64,000 nucleotides of DNA from Chloroflexota bacterium (GCA_028874075.1 JAPPLU010000037.1:37318-101317); one strand, 5' to 3'; shown: positions 19,660-29,406, counted from the first letter of the stretch. Numbers and translations: made by a program. The notes: generated by a model not told the origin, from the letters alone.

Positions 19660-20058
19660 TCATAGAACATCTGAGAGTTTGGCTTCAGGATTTATCAGAC
19701 GACGTATTCCTTCCCTCAGGGTTGGCGAGTGAAAGTTCATCAGCAGGCCCGCCGGCCATCCACCTAACTTAAGGTAAGTCAATACCTGTGCGGAGTGGAC
19801 CGGCAGCAGATGTTTCACAGCTTTTATTTCAACAACGACGTTCTTCTCAACCAAAAGATCTAACCTATACCCGGATTCCAGCATCAATCCCTTATAGCTG
19901 ACGGGCAAAGCCAGTTGACGCTGAAAGTTTATTTTCTGTAACTCCAACTCTCGGCATAGACACTCTTCTCAGGCGGATTCCAGCAAACCGGGCCCCAAGG
20001 TACGATGTACTTCTATAGCTGAACCGATTATAGCCTGTGTAATGGCGTTGACTTCCAT
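19660..20058 (-). pseudogene. GxxExxY-family (PD-(D/E)xK-like) gene interrupted by an in-frame TGA
   Basis: ATG 20058 gives [29 protein letters not shown]-[TGA 19971..19969][18 protein letters not shown]..., in the same frame as listed ORF 19660..19947. The stop replaces the Tyr of the family's G-L-L-E-S-x-Y motif. Confidence 0.7.
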
Positions 20059-20110
20059 GAGTCCCTGTGAAACTCCGTTTCTTTGAGCCTCTTTGTGGAG
20101 GAGAATTGAC

Positions 20111-20941
20111 CTACAGACCTCCCAGCAGGTCCGCTTCGGCGGGTGCATCCTTGGGGGAGACGAGGGTGTAGTATTCGGTGCCCATGATTTCCCGCATCAT
20201 TTCCTGGGGCAACAGGGCGAAGGGGCCGTCCGGGTTAATCTGGGTGCGGTGGCAGTTCAGGGAGTCGATCTTGGTGTCAACGTACTCGCTGATATCCAGA
20301 ACCGTCGTCACTTCATCGTCCGGTGTTCCCACCTTGTCGATGTCCTGGCTGGCGAAGGGTGGGCTGATATCCATTTCCACCATTTTCCGCCACATACGCT
20401 GGAAGTTGCTGCGGGGGAAACAGACGAAATAGAGATAAGATCCTATCATTTCCGGATCATTTGCCGCCAACGCATAGGCGTCCGAAGTGTGGATGCACAT
20501 GGCCTTGTGGTCCGGGTGACCATACCCGCCCGACGGATCGTGGGTTACCACTACATTGGGTCTGGTCTCCTTCATAATTTCTACCAGCGCGCTTACTACC
20601 ACCCTAGGATCGGCCTGGTGCAAGGAGTTGGGATGCTCGTTATCTTCTGTACCCTCCATTCCCGAGTCGCGGTAGTTGAGGAAGCGGATGTCAGTTACGC
20701 CGGTTACAGCCATGGCGTCTATCAATTCCTGCTGCCTAACCTGAGCCAGGGTCTCCGGCGTGGCCAGCGACGGGTCGCTGATTTCTCCAACGTCGCCATT
20801 GGTGCCACAGACCAGGGTTACCTGGGCACCGCGGGCGACCAGCATGGCCAGCGTGCCGCCGCTGCCAAACCCCTCATCGTCGGGGTGGGCGAAGGAAAAT
20901 AACAGGCGCAGGTGGGTCAGGTCTTTAAGGGGAGTTGTCAT
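20111..20941 (-). CDS. PIG-L/LmbE-family deacetylase
   Basis: [16 protein letters not shown] zinc-binding motif and a later HPDH. Confidence 0.85.
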   Translation of the reverse strand: MTTPLKDLTHLRLLFSFAHPDDEGFGSGGTLAMLVARGAQVTLVCGTNGDVGEISDPSLATPETLAQVRQQELIDAMAVTGVTDIRFLNYRDSGMEGTEDNEHPNSLHQADPRVVVSALVEIMKETRPNVVVTHDPSGGYGHPDHKAMCIHTSDAYALAANDPEMIGSYLYFVCFPRSNFQRMWRKMVEMDISPPFASQDIDKVGTPDDEVTTVLDISEYVDTKIDSLNCHRTQINPDGPFALLPQEMMREIMGTEYYTLVSPKDAPAEADLLGGL

Positions 20942-20985
20942 GTATGGAGGCCCCCGAAATGCCGTTCAAGGATGATGGATTGAAC

Positions 20986-22986
20986 CTAAACCGGTTCCAG
21001 TACCAGGTTGCCATGGAGGTCTACGACTCCTCCCCAGCCCGGTGGAACTACTATGGTTGTATCCAGCTGGACCAGCAGCGCCGGACCTTCTATTCGGTTG
21101 CCAGGCTGCAGCAGGTCCCGGTTATACAGAGTGGCGGCAAACGCTCCCTGTTGGAATACCACCTCGGTCTCGCCCATTTCGGCTGCTGACCCGTTGACCT
21201 GTCCCTGCTGCTGGACGGCTGCCTGGGGCTTGTCTACCGCCAGTTCCATCTTGAGGCGCAGGTTGACGATCTCCACAGCCTCGCTGCGGTCGGCGTAGCC
21301 AAAGCGCTGTAGGTGAGCCTGATAGAAGCTGTTAGCGATGGCGCGCTGCAGATCGGCGCGGCGGGACAGGGACGGGTAGTCGACGGTCAGCTCAAAAGAT
21401 TGCCCCACGTAGCGGGCGTCCAGGTAGCGGCGGGATTCCATTTCGTCGGCGGGCAGACCTTCCTGCCGCAGTTCGACTCTGGCCTGGCCCTCCATTCCGT
21501 GGAACTCTTCCTCCAGCCTGACCTGGTTGATGTCTTCCCCACGAAGCATAACCGTGCGGGAGTAGTCCTTGACGATGTCGGCAATGGCGACGCCCAGGGC
21601 GGACAGAATACCTGGGTGAGTGGGAACCAGCACCCGGGGGATTCCCAACTCCTGGGCGAGTTCGCAACTGTGCATGGGACCGGCGCCGCCAAAGGGCACC
21701 AGGGTAAATAGGCGAGGGTCGTAGCCCCGTTCCAAGGAAATGGTGCGAATGGCCCGCTCCATGTTGGCATTGACCACCCTGATGATGCCCAGGGCTGCGT
21801 CTTCCGAGGTAGTCCCAATCTCCCGCGCCAGGTCTGAGATGAGAGCCTGAGACCGTTCCCGGTCAAGGGTCAACCGGCCACCCAGAAACTGGGCGGGCAT
21901 CAGCCTTCCCAACGCCAGGTTGGCGTCCGTTACGGTAATGCGGTCGCCCCGGCCGTAGCAGGCAGGCCCGGGGTCTGCACCCGCCGATTCCGGACCGACA
22001 ACGAGGGCGCCGCCTGAGTCGACGCGGGCAATGGAACCTCCCCCGGCGCCCACCGTATGGATTTCTATCATTGGCACGCTGATAGGATAGCCGCCGAGGG
22101 TGGCTGACGTCGTCTCCTTGATGCGCCCGGGGCAGAGGGAAACGTCGGTGGAGGTGCCACCCATGTCGAGCGTAATGATGTCGGGATAGCCGGCCTGGCT
22201 GCCGGTGTGGAAGGCCCCGACAACTCCGCCGGCAGGGCCGCTGAGTATGGTGCGGACGGGCTGTTCCGAGGCCAGCCGGGCGGTGATGCTGCCGCCCGAG
22301 GACTGCATGATGCGCAGACCGCTGCCAAGAGACTGTTCTAGTTCGCCCAGGTACCTGGCCATTACCGGCCCCACGTAGGAATTTACGACCACGGTGCTGG
22401 TGCGCTCATACTCTCGGAATTCGGGTATGACCTGGGAAGAAACGGATATGAAGGGAGCTTCACGCATCTGACGTAGTGCGGAAAGGAGTTTCTCTTCGTG
22501 CAGGGGATTGAGGAAGGAGAAGAGGAAGGACACTGCTACCCCATCCACCTGCGCTTCCTGAAGCAGGCCAAGCAGGGTCTCGACAGCCTCATCCTGCAAG
22601 TCTTCCAGGATTTCACCCTTGTAGTCCACCCTTTCGGGCAGCCCGAAGCGCAGTTCCCACGGGGCCAGGGCAGGGGCCCGGTCCAGGTTCAAGTCGTACA
22701 GGTCGGACCGGCTCTGCCTGCCAATTTCCAGGACATCCTCGAAGCCCAGGGTAGTAACCAGGGCCGTGCGGCCTCCCTTGCCTTCCAGCAGGGCGTTGGT
22801 GGCGACGGTGGAGCCGTGGACGTATTGGGCCGGCCCGGCGTCGATTTCGGCTATGCCCTGGCGTACGCCCTGGGACGGGTCTGCGGGTGTGGAAGGAAGT
22901 TTGTGGACGGACAGGACGCCATCCTGGAGAATGGCAATGTCGGTGAAGGTTCCGCCGACATCGATGCCGACTATGGTTTGAGTCAT
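20986..22986 (-). CDS. hyuA: hydantoinase A/oxoprolinase family protein
   Basis: 666 aa with an N-terminal IGIDVGGTFTDIA ASKHA fold and a second DMGGTSTDV. Confidence 0.9.
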   Translation of the reverse strand: MTQTIVGIDVGGTFTDIAILQDGVLSVHKLPSTPADPSQGVRQGIAEIDAGPAQYVHGSTVATNALLEGKGGRTALVTTLGFEDVLEIGRQSRSDLYDLNLDRAPALAPWELRFGLPERVDYKGEILEDLQDEAVETLLGLLQEAQVDGVAVSFLFSFLNPLHEEKLLSALRQMREAPFISVSSQVIPEFREYERTSTVVVNSYVGPVMARYLGELEQSLGSGLRIMQSSGGSITARLASEQPVRTILSGPAGGVVGAFHTGSQAGYPDIITLDMGGTSTDVSLCPGRIKETTSATLGGYPISVPMIEIHTVGAGGGSIARVDSGGALVVGPESAGADPGPACYGRGDRITVTDANLALGRLMPAQFLGGRLTLDRERSQALISDLAREIGTTSEDAALGIIRVVNANMERAIRTISLERGYDPRLFTLVPFGGAGPMHSCELAQELGIPRVLVPTHPGILSALGVAIADIVKDYSRTVMLRGEDINQVRLEEEFHGMEGQARVELRQEGLPADEMESRRYLDARYVGQSFELTVDYPSLSRRADLQRAIANSFYQAHLQRFGYADRSEAVEIVNLRLKMELAVDKPQAAVQQQGQVNGSAAEMGETEVVFQQGAFAATLYNRDLLQPGNRIEGPALLVQLDTTIVVPPGWGGVVDLHGNLVLEPV

Positions 22987-23058
22987 GGATGCTCTTCAGG
23001 GCCGGATAGAGATTATGGGGGAGATACTACGGCTGGGATTCCTGACCTGCAGTACAAA

Positions 23059-23102
23059 TTACCATCAGCCAAGCACCAGGTAACCATCAGCCAAGTACCG
23101 GG
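23059..23102. repeat. tandem direct repeat, 2 x 22 nt (19/22 identical)
   Basis: The copies ttaccatcagccaagcaccagg and taaccatcagccaagtaccggg lie in the alaX-hyuA intergenic region, 75-115 nt upstream of the hyuA start. Confidence 0.6.
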
Positions 23103-23129
23103 CGGCAGAAATTAACCAGTGAGGCAGTA

Positions 23130-23846
23130 CTAAGCCGGTTCGTCCAGTGCGATTCTCAGCCGCTTGTTGATGCGTCCCTTGCTTTCGTGGCCTACCACCC
23201 TGATTGCCCCCACTTCAGAGGTGTTTGCCACGTGAGTGCCGCCGTCGGCCTGCAAGTCCAGACCGGAAATGTCGATAGTCCTGACCTCATGGATAGTGGC
23301 AGGCAGCAGGTTGATGCGGGTACGGATAAGATCGGGAACTTCTTCGGCCTGAGCTCGAGAAAGGACGTTCACGTGGATGGGGCGGGCGGCAGCCACTTCG
23401 GCGTTGACCTTTTCTTCCACTTCCGTGGCGAATTCGGCGCTCATTTGCTCCAGTTCAAAGTCCATACGGGCCTCGCCGGGGCGCATATCGCCGCCAGTAA
23501 CCTTGGCCCCGTAGTCCCGCCAAACTACCCCACAAAGGATGTGCAGGGCGGTGTGAGTCCTCATCAGCCGGTAACGGGTATCCCAGTCTATTCGGCCGGT
23601 AACCGCAGCCCCCGAGTCAGGAAGGGGGCCGTCAATCTGGTGGACTATCTGGCCGTCGGCGCGCCCCACCCGCTTCACCAGGTAGCGCCGGTTGCCGTCG
23701 TCCAGGGTACCTGTATCGCAGGGCTGGCCGCCCCCACCCGAGTAAAAGGCGGTGCGATCCAGAACAACGCCACCCTCCACCACGTCTGTAACGGTGGCGG
23801 TAAATTCCTGGAGGTAGGCGTCAAGCTGGGCCAAAAGCTCGGTCAT
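23130..23846 (-). CDS. alaX: alanyl-tRNA editing protein (AlaX-type, tRNA_SAD domain)
   Basis: MRTHTALHILCG (HxxxH) plus GGTHV and a C-terminal CxxxH-like zinc motif region; 238 aa. Confidence 0.8.
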   Translation of the reverse strand: MTELLAQLDAYLQEFTATVTDVVEGGVVLDRTAFYSGGGGQPCDTGTLDDGNRRYLVKRVGRADGQIVHQIDGPLPDSGAAVTGRIDWDTRYRLMRTHTALHILCGVVWRDYGAKVTGGDMRPGEARMDFELEQMSAEFATEVEEKVNAEVAAARPIHVNVLSRAQAEEVPDLIRTRINLLPATIHEVRTIDISGLDLQADGGTHVANTSEVGAIRVVGHESKGRINKRLRIALDEPA

Positions 23847-24114
23847 GGGCTATTGTCCTTCCAATGGTGGTCGAAAGCTGTTCAGCATTATACCAAACTA
23901 AAGAACTGGTGAACGCCGGGTGATTCCTCGCAAAATTGTGCACCATATCATTCGGTTTACCCTCCTGGCTCGCCGTGTCTGCTTTTTTTGGTAAAGTTTC
24001 CTAGTTAATGTCATTTGCCTTTTGCATTGCCGTCTCTAATCGCATAAAATTCCCGCCGAAGGCTTTATAAATCAGCTTGAATTTTTGCCTTAAACTTCAT
24101 CAGGTGACCCGCAT

Positions 24115-25254
24115 ATGAAACTCTCCTGCCTGCAAGAAAATCTCAGCCGCGGCCTTTCAATCGTCGGGCGGGCGGTGGCTACCCGCGCCACGCTGCCCAT
24201 AACGCAGAATGTGCTGCTGGAAACCGACCGGTCCATGCTGAAGCTATCGGCAACGAACCTGGAAATAGCCATAACTACGTGGATAGGAGCCATGATTGAG
24301 GAGGAAGGCTCCATTACCCTGCCGGCCCGGTTGCTGACCGAATTTGTCAACTCGCTGCCCAGCGACCGCATAGACCTGGAGCTGGAGTCTGGCAGCGGCG
24401 TGATGGAACTGGTGTGCGGACGCGCCGAAGCCAGGATTCACGGCGCCAGCGCGGACGACTTCCCGCCGATTCCGCAGGTGGAGGAGGGTGTTTCTGCCCG
24501 CATTGGTTCGCAGGACCTTAAGAACGCTATTTCCAGGGTTGTTTTCGCCGCCGCCACCGAGGAATCCCGACCGGTTCTGACTGGGGTGGAGGCCAAACTG
24601 GCGGGTGACCGGTTCACCTTTGCGGCCGCCGACGGTTTCCGCCTGGCGGTGCAGCACGGCACTCTGGCCGAACCGGTGGCGGAAGAGATTGGGGTGATTG
24701 TGCCAGCCAGAACGCTGAACGAACTGAGCCGCTTGCTGGGGGACCAGGACGACCCGGTGGAGATAATGATGGTTCCGGCCCGGGGGCAGGTTCTGTTCAA
24801 AGTGGCCGGCGTAGAGGTAGTGTCCCAACTATTGCAGGGGACTTTCCCGAACTACGACCAGCTTATACCCCAGAATTACGACACCCGCAGCGTGTTCGAC
24901 CTGCAAAAGTTGCTGCGGGCTGCCCGCACGGCAGCCATTTTTGCACGCGACGGCAGCAACATCATCCGTCTGCAAATGACACCCGGCGAAGAGGAGGGTG
25001 TTTCCGGGAAGGCGGTGATTTCCGCCCGCTCGGAAGAGGTGGGAGACAACCAGGGCGAGGTGGATACGGAGTCCATGGAAGGGGGCGAGTCGAAGATTGC
25101 CTTTAACAGCAGGTATCTTCAGGACGTGCTGGCGGTGCTGGAACGGGGGCAGGTGGCCCTTGAGACTACGACGTCTTCCAGTCCGGGTGTGTTCAAGCCC
25201 ATTGGCACCGAGGACTATGTGCACGTAGTGATGCCGATGTTTGTGCAATGGTGA
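24115..25254 (+). CDS. dnaN: DNA polymerase III beta sliding clamp
   Basis: 379 aa. MKLSCLQENLSRGLSIVGRAVATRATLPITQNVLLET is a typical DnaN N-terminus with a three-domain length. Confidence 0.92.
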   Translation: MKLSCLQENLSRGLSIVGRAVATRATLPITQNVLLETDRSMLKLSATNLEIAITTWIGAMIEEEGSITLPARLLTEFVNSLPSDRIDLELESGSGVMELVCGRAEARIHGASADDFPPIPQVEEGVSARIGSQDLKNAISRVVFAAATEESRPVLTGVEAKLAGDRFTFAAADGFRLAVQHGTLAEPVAEEIGVIVPARTLNELSRLLGDQDDPVEIMMVPARGQVLFKVAGVEVVSQLLQGTFPNYDQLIPQNYDTRSVFDLQKLLRAARTAAIFARDGSNIIRLQMTPGEEEGVSGKAVISARSEEVGDNQGEVDTESMEGGESKIAFNSRYLQDVLAVLERGQVALETTTSSSPGVFKPIGTEDYVHVVMPMFVQW

Positions 25255-25584
25255 CGTAATTTCGACGGGCTACTTGGTTGAGGAACGGGTTAACTGACTG
25301 GTCCGGCTAGCCAAGGTTGTTTTCCTGGCAGGAACCGGGGCTAACACTCCCTTGAAATCGCTATAGCCAAGGGGCTGGTGTACGCTCCAACCCCGGACTT
25401 CCTATGGCTTTTCCCTTTCGGTTGCTTGGGACTTGCAAGCAATTCTATTGCATGTACCGCTTTGCAAGTGCCATTCTTGCCGGAATTCGCAACATTTACA
25501 ACGAATAAAGCCAGTGATAAGATTTCAAGGCGCCAATTTCCTTTTAGAATTGGGCGCAATTCTTGCAGGACTATAGTCTGCTGA

Positions 25585-27591
25585 ATGGCTGACCTGGGCG
25601 AAATTTCACTGTGGATAGGTCTGGCCCTTTCCTGTTATGCCCTTTTCGGATCGCTGGCGGGCCAGGTGAGGGGCATCCCCGCGCTGGTGGACAGCGCCCG
25701 TCGTTCCGTTTACGTGCTGGTCCTGGTGATGCTGGTGGCCACACTCAGCCTGGTTGGTTCCTTCATCAACCGGGACTATGAAGTGGCCTACGTGGCGGCC
25801 CACAGCAACAATGCCATGGCCGACATCTATACCTGGGTTGCCTTTTACGCCGGCAACGAGGGTTCCCTGCTCTACATTGCATTTGTCCTGTCGGTAATGT
25901 CAGCGGTCGCCATCAGGTGGGCGCCGGAACGAGTGAAGGACTTCCTGCCCTACACTACGGCCACGTTGATGGTGGTGCAGGTCTTTTTCATCGCTGTCAT
26001 GGCCTTCATGGCCAACCCCTTTACCAAGTTGCCCTTTGTGCCACCGGACGGCGAGGGGATTAATCCTCTGCTTACCCACTTTGGCATGTTCTTCCATCCT
26101 CCGGCGCTGATGGCCGGCCTTATTGGGATGAGCATTCCCTTTGCTTTTGCTTTGGGTTCCCTGGTGGCGGGAAAACAAAGGGATGAGTGGGCCGACTCAG
26201 GACGGCTCTGGGGAATAGTTACCTGGGCCCTGCTGGCCAGCGGACTGTTGCTGGGTTCCTGGTGGGCTTACACGATCCTGGGCTGGGGCGGTTTCTGGTT
26301 CTGGGACCCGGTGGAGAATGCGGCCTTTATGCCCTGGCTGGCGTTGACGGCCTTCGTCCATTCCATCATGGTGCAAAAGCGTCGGGGAATGTTCAGGATG
26401 TGGAATATTGTCCTGATCAACGCGGCTTTCGGCCTGGCCCTTTACGGTATGTTCATGAATCGGGGCGGTCCGACACCTTCAGTCCACTCCTTTGGCGCAT
26501 CTTCGCTGGGCTGGGTATTCCTGCTGTTTCTGGCCGTGGGAGTACTGGTGCCCTTTGCGATTTTCATCTGGCGATATAACCTGCTAAAGAGCGCCCAGAA
26601 CCTGGACTCAATGCTGTCCAGGGAAGCAGCTTTCCTGGTCAATAACCTGCTGCTGCTTGGTATAGCATTCGTCACCCTCTGGGGCACAGTCTATCCCCTG
26701 TTCATCAAACTTGGCGGTGGGGAGGAAATTACCATTGCCCGGCCCTATTACGATCAGGTCAACGGGCCATTGCTACTGGCGCTGGTGCTCCTGATGGGCG
26801 TGGGGCCCCTGTTACCCTGGCGCCGGGCTAATTGGGCCAGCCTGCGCCGGGCCTTGCTGGCGCCCTGTGTGGTGGCGGCGGTGACGGTGGTTGTCCTGGC
26901 CGTTCTAGTTACCCGCCAACCCTTTGCCCTGACCGGTTTCGGGCTGTGCGCGCTGGTAACTACCGGTATTGCCCTGGAATGGTGGCGAGGAATGCAGGCG
27001 CGCCACCGTAACTCTGGCGAGAATTACGCTTTCGCGCTGCTGCGACTAATCGGGGCAAACCGTCCTCGTTACGGAGGCTACATTGTCCACCTGGCGGTGG
27101 TGATGGTGGCACTGGGCGTCCTGGGCGGGTCCTTGTTCGACACCCAGCGGGATGTGGTGCTGGCCCCCGGCGAAACTTACGAGGTATCGGGGTACCAACT
27201 GCGCTACCTGGATACAGTCCAGGCCCCGAAGTCTGACCGGACTGATTATTTCTCTACGCTGGAACTCTACCGAGGGGATGAATTCCTTGGCGAACTGGAG
27301 GCCAGGCGAAGTTTCTATCCGTCTTTCAATATGGCCTCCACCCTGGCGGCCATCCGTTCAACGCCAGTGGAGGACTTCTATGTGGTGCCCAGCGAGAACC
27401 TGCCCGACGGGTCGGTAGGCTTCCGCATCCTGGTGAATCCCCTGGTCTGGTGGATGTGGGTGGCCGGCCCGGTTCTGATCCTGGGGACGGTGGTAGCCCT
27501 TTGGCCCGAAGGCAGCCGGCAGAGGGTGCGCATCGCCCGCCCCGAAACTGTTTCGATCCATCCCGGCGAGACGCGCCCTAACGTGGTATGA
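25585..27591 (+). CDS. ccmF: cytochrome c-type biogenesis heme lyase CcmF
   Basis: WGGFWFWDPVENAAFMPWL (WWD motif), multiple TM segments, 668 aa. Confidence 0.9.
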   Translation: MADLGEISLWIGLALSCYALFGSLAGQVRGIPALVDSARRSVYVLVLVMLVATLSLVGSFINRDYEVAYVAAHSNNAMADIYTWVAFYAGNEGSLLYIAFVLSVMSAVAIRWAPERVKDFLPYTTATLMVVQVFFIAVMAFMANPFTKLPFVPPDGEGINPLLTHFGMFFHPPALMAGLIGMSIPFAFALGSLVAGKQRDEWADSGRLWGIVTWALLASGLLLGSWWAYTILGWGGFWFWDPVENAAFMPWLALTAFVHSIMVQKRRGMFRMWNIVLINAAFGLALYGMFMNRGGPTPSVHSFGASSLGWVFLLFLAVGVLVPFAIFIWRYNLLKSAQNLDSMLSREAAFLVNNLLLLGIAFVTLWGTVYPLFIKLGGGEEITIARPYYDQVNGPLLLALVLLMGVGPLLPWRRANWASLRRALLAPCVVAAVTVVVLAVLVTRQPFALTGFGLCALVTTGIALEWWRGMQARHRNSGENYAFALLRLIGANRPRYGGYIVHLAVVMVALGVLGGSLFDTQRDVVLAPGETYEVSGYQLRYLDTVQAPKSDRTDYFSTLELYRGDEFLGELEARRSFYPSFNMASTLAAIRSTPVEDFYVVPSENLPDGSVGFRILVNPLVWWMWVAGPVLILGTVVALWPEGSRQRVRIARPETVSIHPGETRPNVV

Positions 27592-27646
27592 GCCACTTTT
27601 CAGAACAGCTTCCCAAGGGTGCAACTGACAGCGCCCGGACGTCGCG

Positions 27647-28165
27647 ATGGCCCTGGTAATCGGGGGTATCCTGGCATTGCTGGGCATTGCGGTAGCGGTT
27701 TATCCCTTCGTGCGGCACCGGCTTTGGGGCGAACCCGTGGATCGGGATTCAGGGAATGCTGAGGCTCAGTCTCCGGCTGGCACGGGCCTGGCGGGGGGCG
27801 AACTGGCGGACATCTACCACGCTATTGGCACCCTGCGCCTGGAACGGGAGCTGGGCAACATTCCTGAAGGGCTTTACCGCGAGCAATTGAATGGCTACCG
27901 CTTGAGGGCAGCCCAGGCACTGCGCGACCGCGAACTGGCCCCGAATGAAGATGAAGACTGGGCCCTTGAGGAGGAAATAAGGGTGGCCCGCTCCGGGTTG
28001 TATGGAAGGGGTGAAAGAGGCATTTCCTGTTCCAACTGCGGCAGACCGATAATGGCTGAAGTGGCCGAGTGTCCCGAGTGCGGAGCGACAATCTCCCGCC
28101 CTGGCGCCGGCGCAACTCCTTCATCTGAAGCAGGGTCAGAAAGGTCAATAGATGACGTTTCATAG
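27647..28165 (+). CDS. membrane-anchored zinc-ribbon protein, unknown function
   Basis: N-terminal TM segment (MALVIGGILALLGIAVAVYPFV), a helical segment and a C-terminal CSNCG...CPECG ribbon. It overlaps the next ORF by 14 nt. Confidence 0.5.
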   Translation: MALVIGGILALLGIAVAVYPFVRHRLWGEPVDRDSGNAEAQSPAGTGLAGGELADIYHAIGTLRLERELGNIPEGLYREQLNGYRLRAAQALRDRELAPNEDEDWALEEEIRVARSGLYGRGERGISCSNCGRPIMAEVAECPECGATISRPGAGATPSSEAGSERSIDDVS

Positions 28166-29396
28166 TTTTCTGCATCCTGCCTGGGCCCTACCCCTGGCAT
28201 TTCCCCTGGTACTTTGTCTCTTGCTCATTACCCTGGCTCTTCACTCGGGGACTACCGTTAGCGCACAAGGTTCCGAAACCGTAAAAGTGGAAGGTGTGGC
28301 CATCAACGGTACCGAAGGAAGCCCGATACCCGCGTCCTTTCCGGTGTCCCTGCACACTATCGACCCAGTGGCGGGCCGGGTAGCTACCTACAACGCCACC
28401 ACTGACTCACAAGGGCGGTTCGCTTTTGAAGAGGTCTCTACGGTAGCCGGCGGCAGCTACGTCCTGGTAATGGACTACGAAGGAATGCGGTACAGCGAAC
28501 TGCTGGAGTCCGATGACCTGTCCGATCCGGTTGAATTTGCGGTCTTTGACATAACGGGAGATATCGGCGTAGTAAGAGTCCAACGGCAGGCGATGATAAT
28601 TGCCGACGTTGACGAGCAGAACCGGGAGATTCAGGCGCTGGAAGTTTTGAGCCTCCAGAATGGATCCGACCGGACGCTGCTGCCCGAGTTGACCAACATA
28701 ACCAATCCGGCAGACATCAACTTTCTGAGGTTTTCCCTGCCCGCGGGAGCCACCGAGCTTTCGGTGCAATCGAGCCTGCCTGGCGGCGACACCATACCTA
28801 TGGGCACGGGTTTCGCGGTTACCGCGCCGGTCCCACCCGGCGATCACGAAGTTACCTACACCTACCGGTTTCCCTACGAGGGTGACGCTGCGACTTTCAA
28901 CCAGCGGCTGATTCAGGGCGCGGAGGAATACCAGGTCCTGGCGCCGGCATCGTTGTCCCAGATGCAGGTTTCTCCCCTGGAACCCAGGCCCCGGGTCGAT
29001 GTAGGCGGCGTATCCTACCTGGTGTGGGAAGCGGAACAGGTTCCTCCCGGGCAGGGCGTCGTTTTGCACTTTTCCCGCTTGCCGCAGCCAACCTTGACCC
29101 AACGGGTAGTTACGTATGTCACCAGCTTGGAACTATGGTTGACGACCATTCCGGTGGTTCTGGCCCTCGCCCTAGTTGCGCTGTTGCTGTGGGCCTGGTT
29201 CCGCGCGCCACGATCTGGCCGCCGGGCGCTAGTCGTGGATACAGTCGGTCAATCCCGCCGCCAGTCCCTGGTGCAGGCAGTAGCGGTGCTGGACGAGAGG
29301 TACGAGGGGGGACGGGTGGCCGATGAAGAATACGGTCCCCGCCGCCAGGAATTGTTGGAGCAGCTACGTCAACTTACGCCGCCGGCGGGAGGCTGA
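28152..29396 (+). CDS. secreted, C-terminally anchored protein with a carboxypeptidase-regulatory-like beta domain, unknown function
   Basis: Signal-like N-terminus, VEGVAINGTEG...TDSQGRFAFEEV (CarboxypepD_reg-like), a TM segment at LWLTTIPVVLALALVALLLWAWF and a short cytosolic helical tail. Confidence 0.5.
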   Translation: MTFHSFLHPAWALPLAFPLVLCLLLITLALHSGTTVSAQGSETVKVEGVAINGTEGSPIPASFPVSLHTIDPVAGRVATYNATTDSQGRFAFEEVSTVAGGSYVLVMDYEGMRYSELLESDDLSDPVEFAVFDITGDIGVVRVQRQAMIIADVDEQNREIQALEVLSLQNGSDRTLLPELTNITNPADINFLRFSLPAGATELSVQSSLPGGDTIPMGTGFAVTAPVPPGDHEVTYTYRFPYEGDAATFNQRLIQGAEEYQVLAPASLSQMQVSPLEPRPRVDVGGVSYLVWEAEQVPPGQGVVLHFSRLPQPTLTQRVVTYVTSLELWLTTIPVVLALALVALLLWAWFRAPRSGRRALVVDTVGQSRRQSLVQAVAVLDERYEGGRVADEEYGPRRQELLEQLRQLTPPAGG

Positions 29397-29406
29397 GCAG
29401 GAAGGC

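Noticed and set aside
19969-19971. The in-frame TGA of the GxxExxY gene as a third selenocysteine codon.
   Set aside because: It replaces a conserved Tyr, not a Cys, and the family is not redox-active. No stem-loop lies within about 40 nt downstream. A nonsense pseudogene is the simpler reading.
23847-24114. The AT-rich region upstream of dnaN as a replication origin.
   Set aside because: No TTATCCACA-like boxes with two or fewer mismatches were seen, there is no dnaA nearby, and the AT-richness is ordinary for a divergent promoter region.
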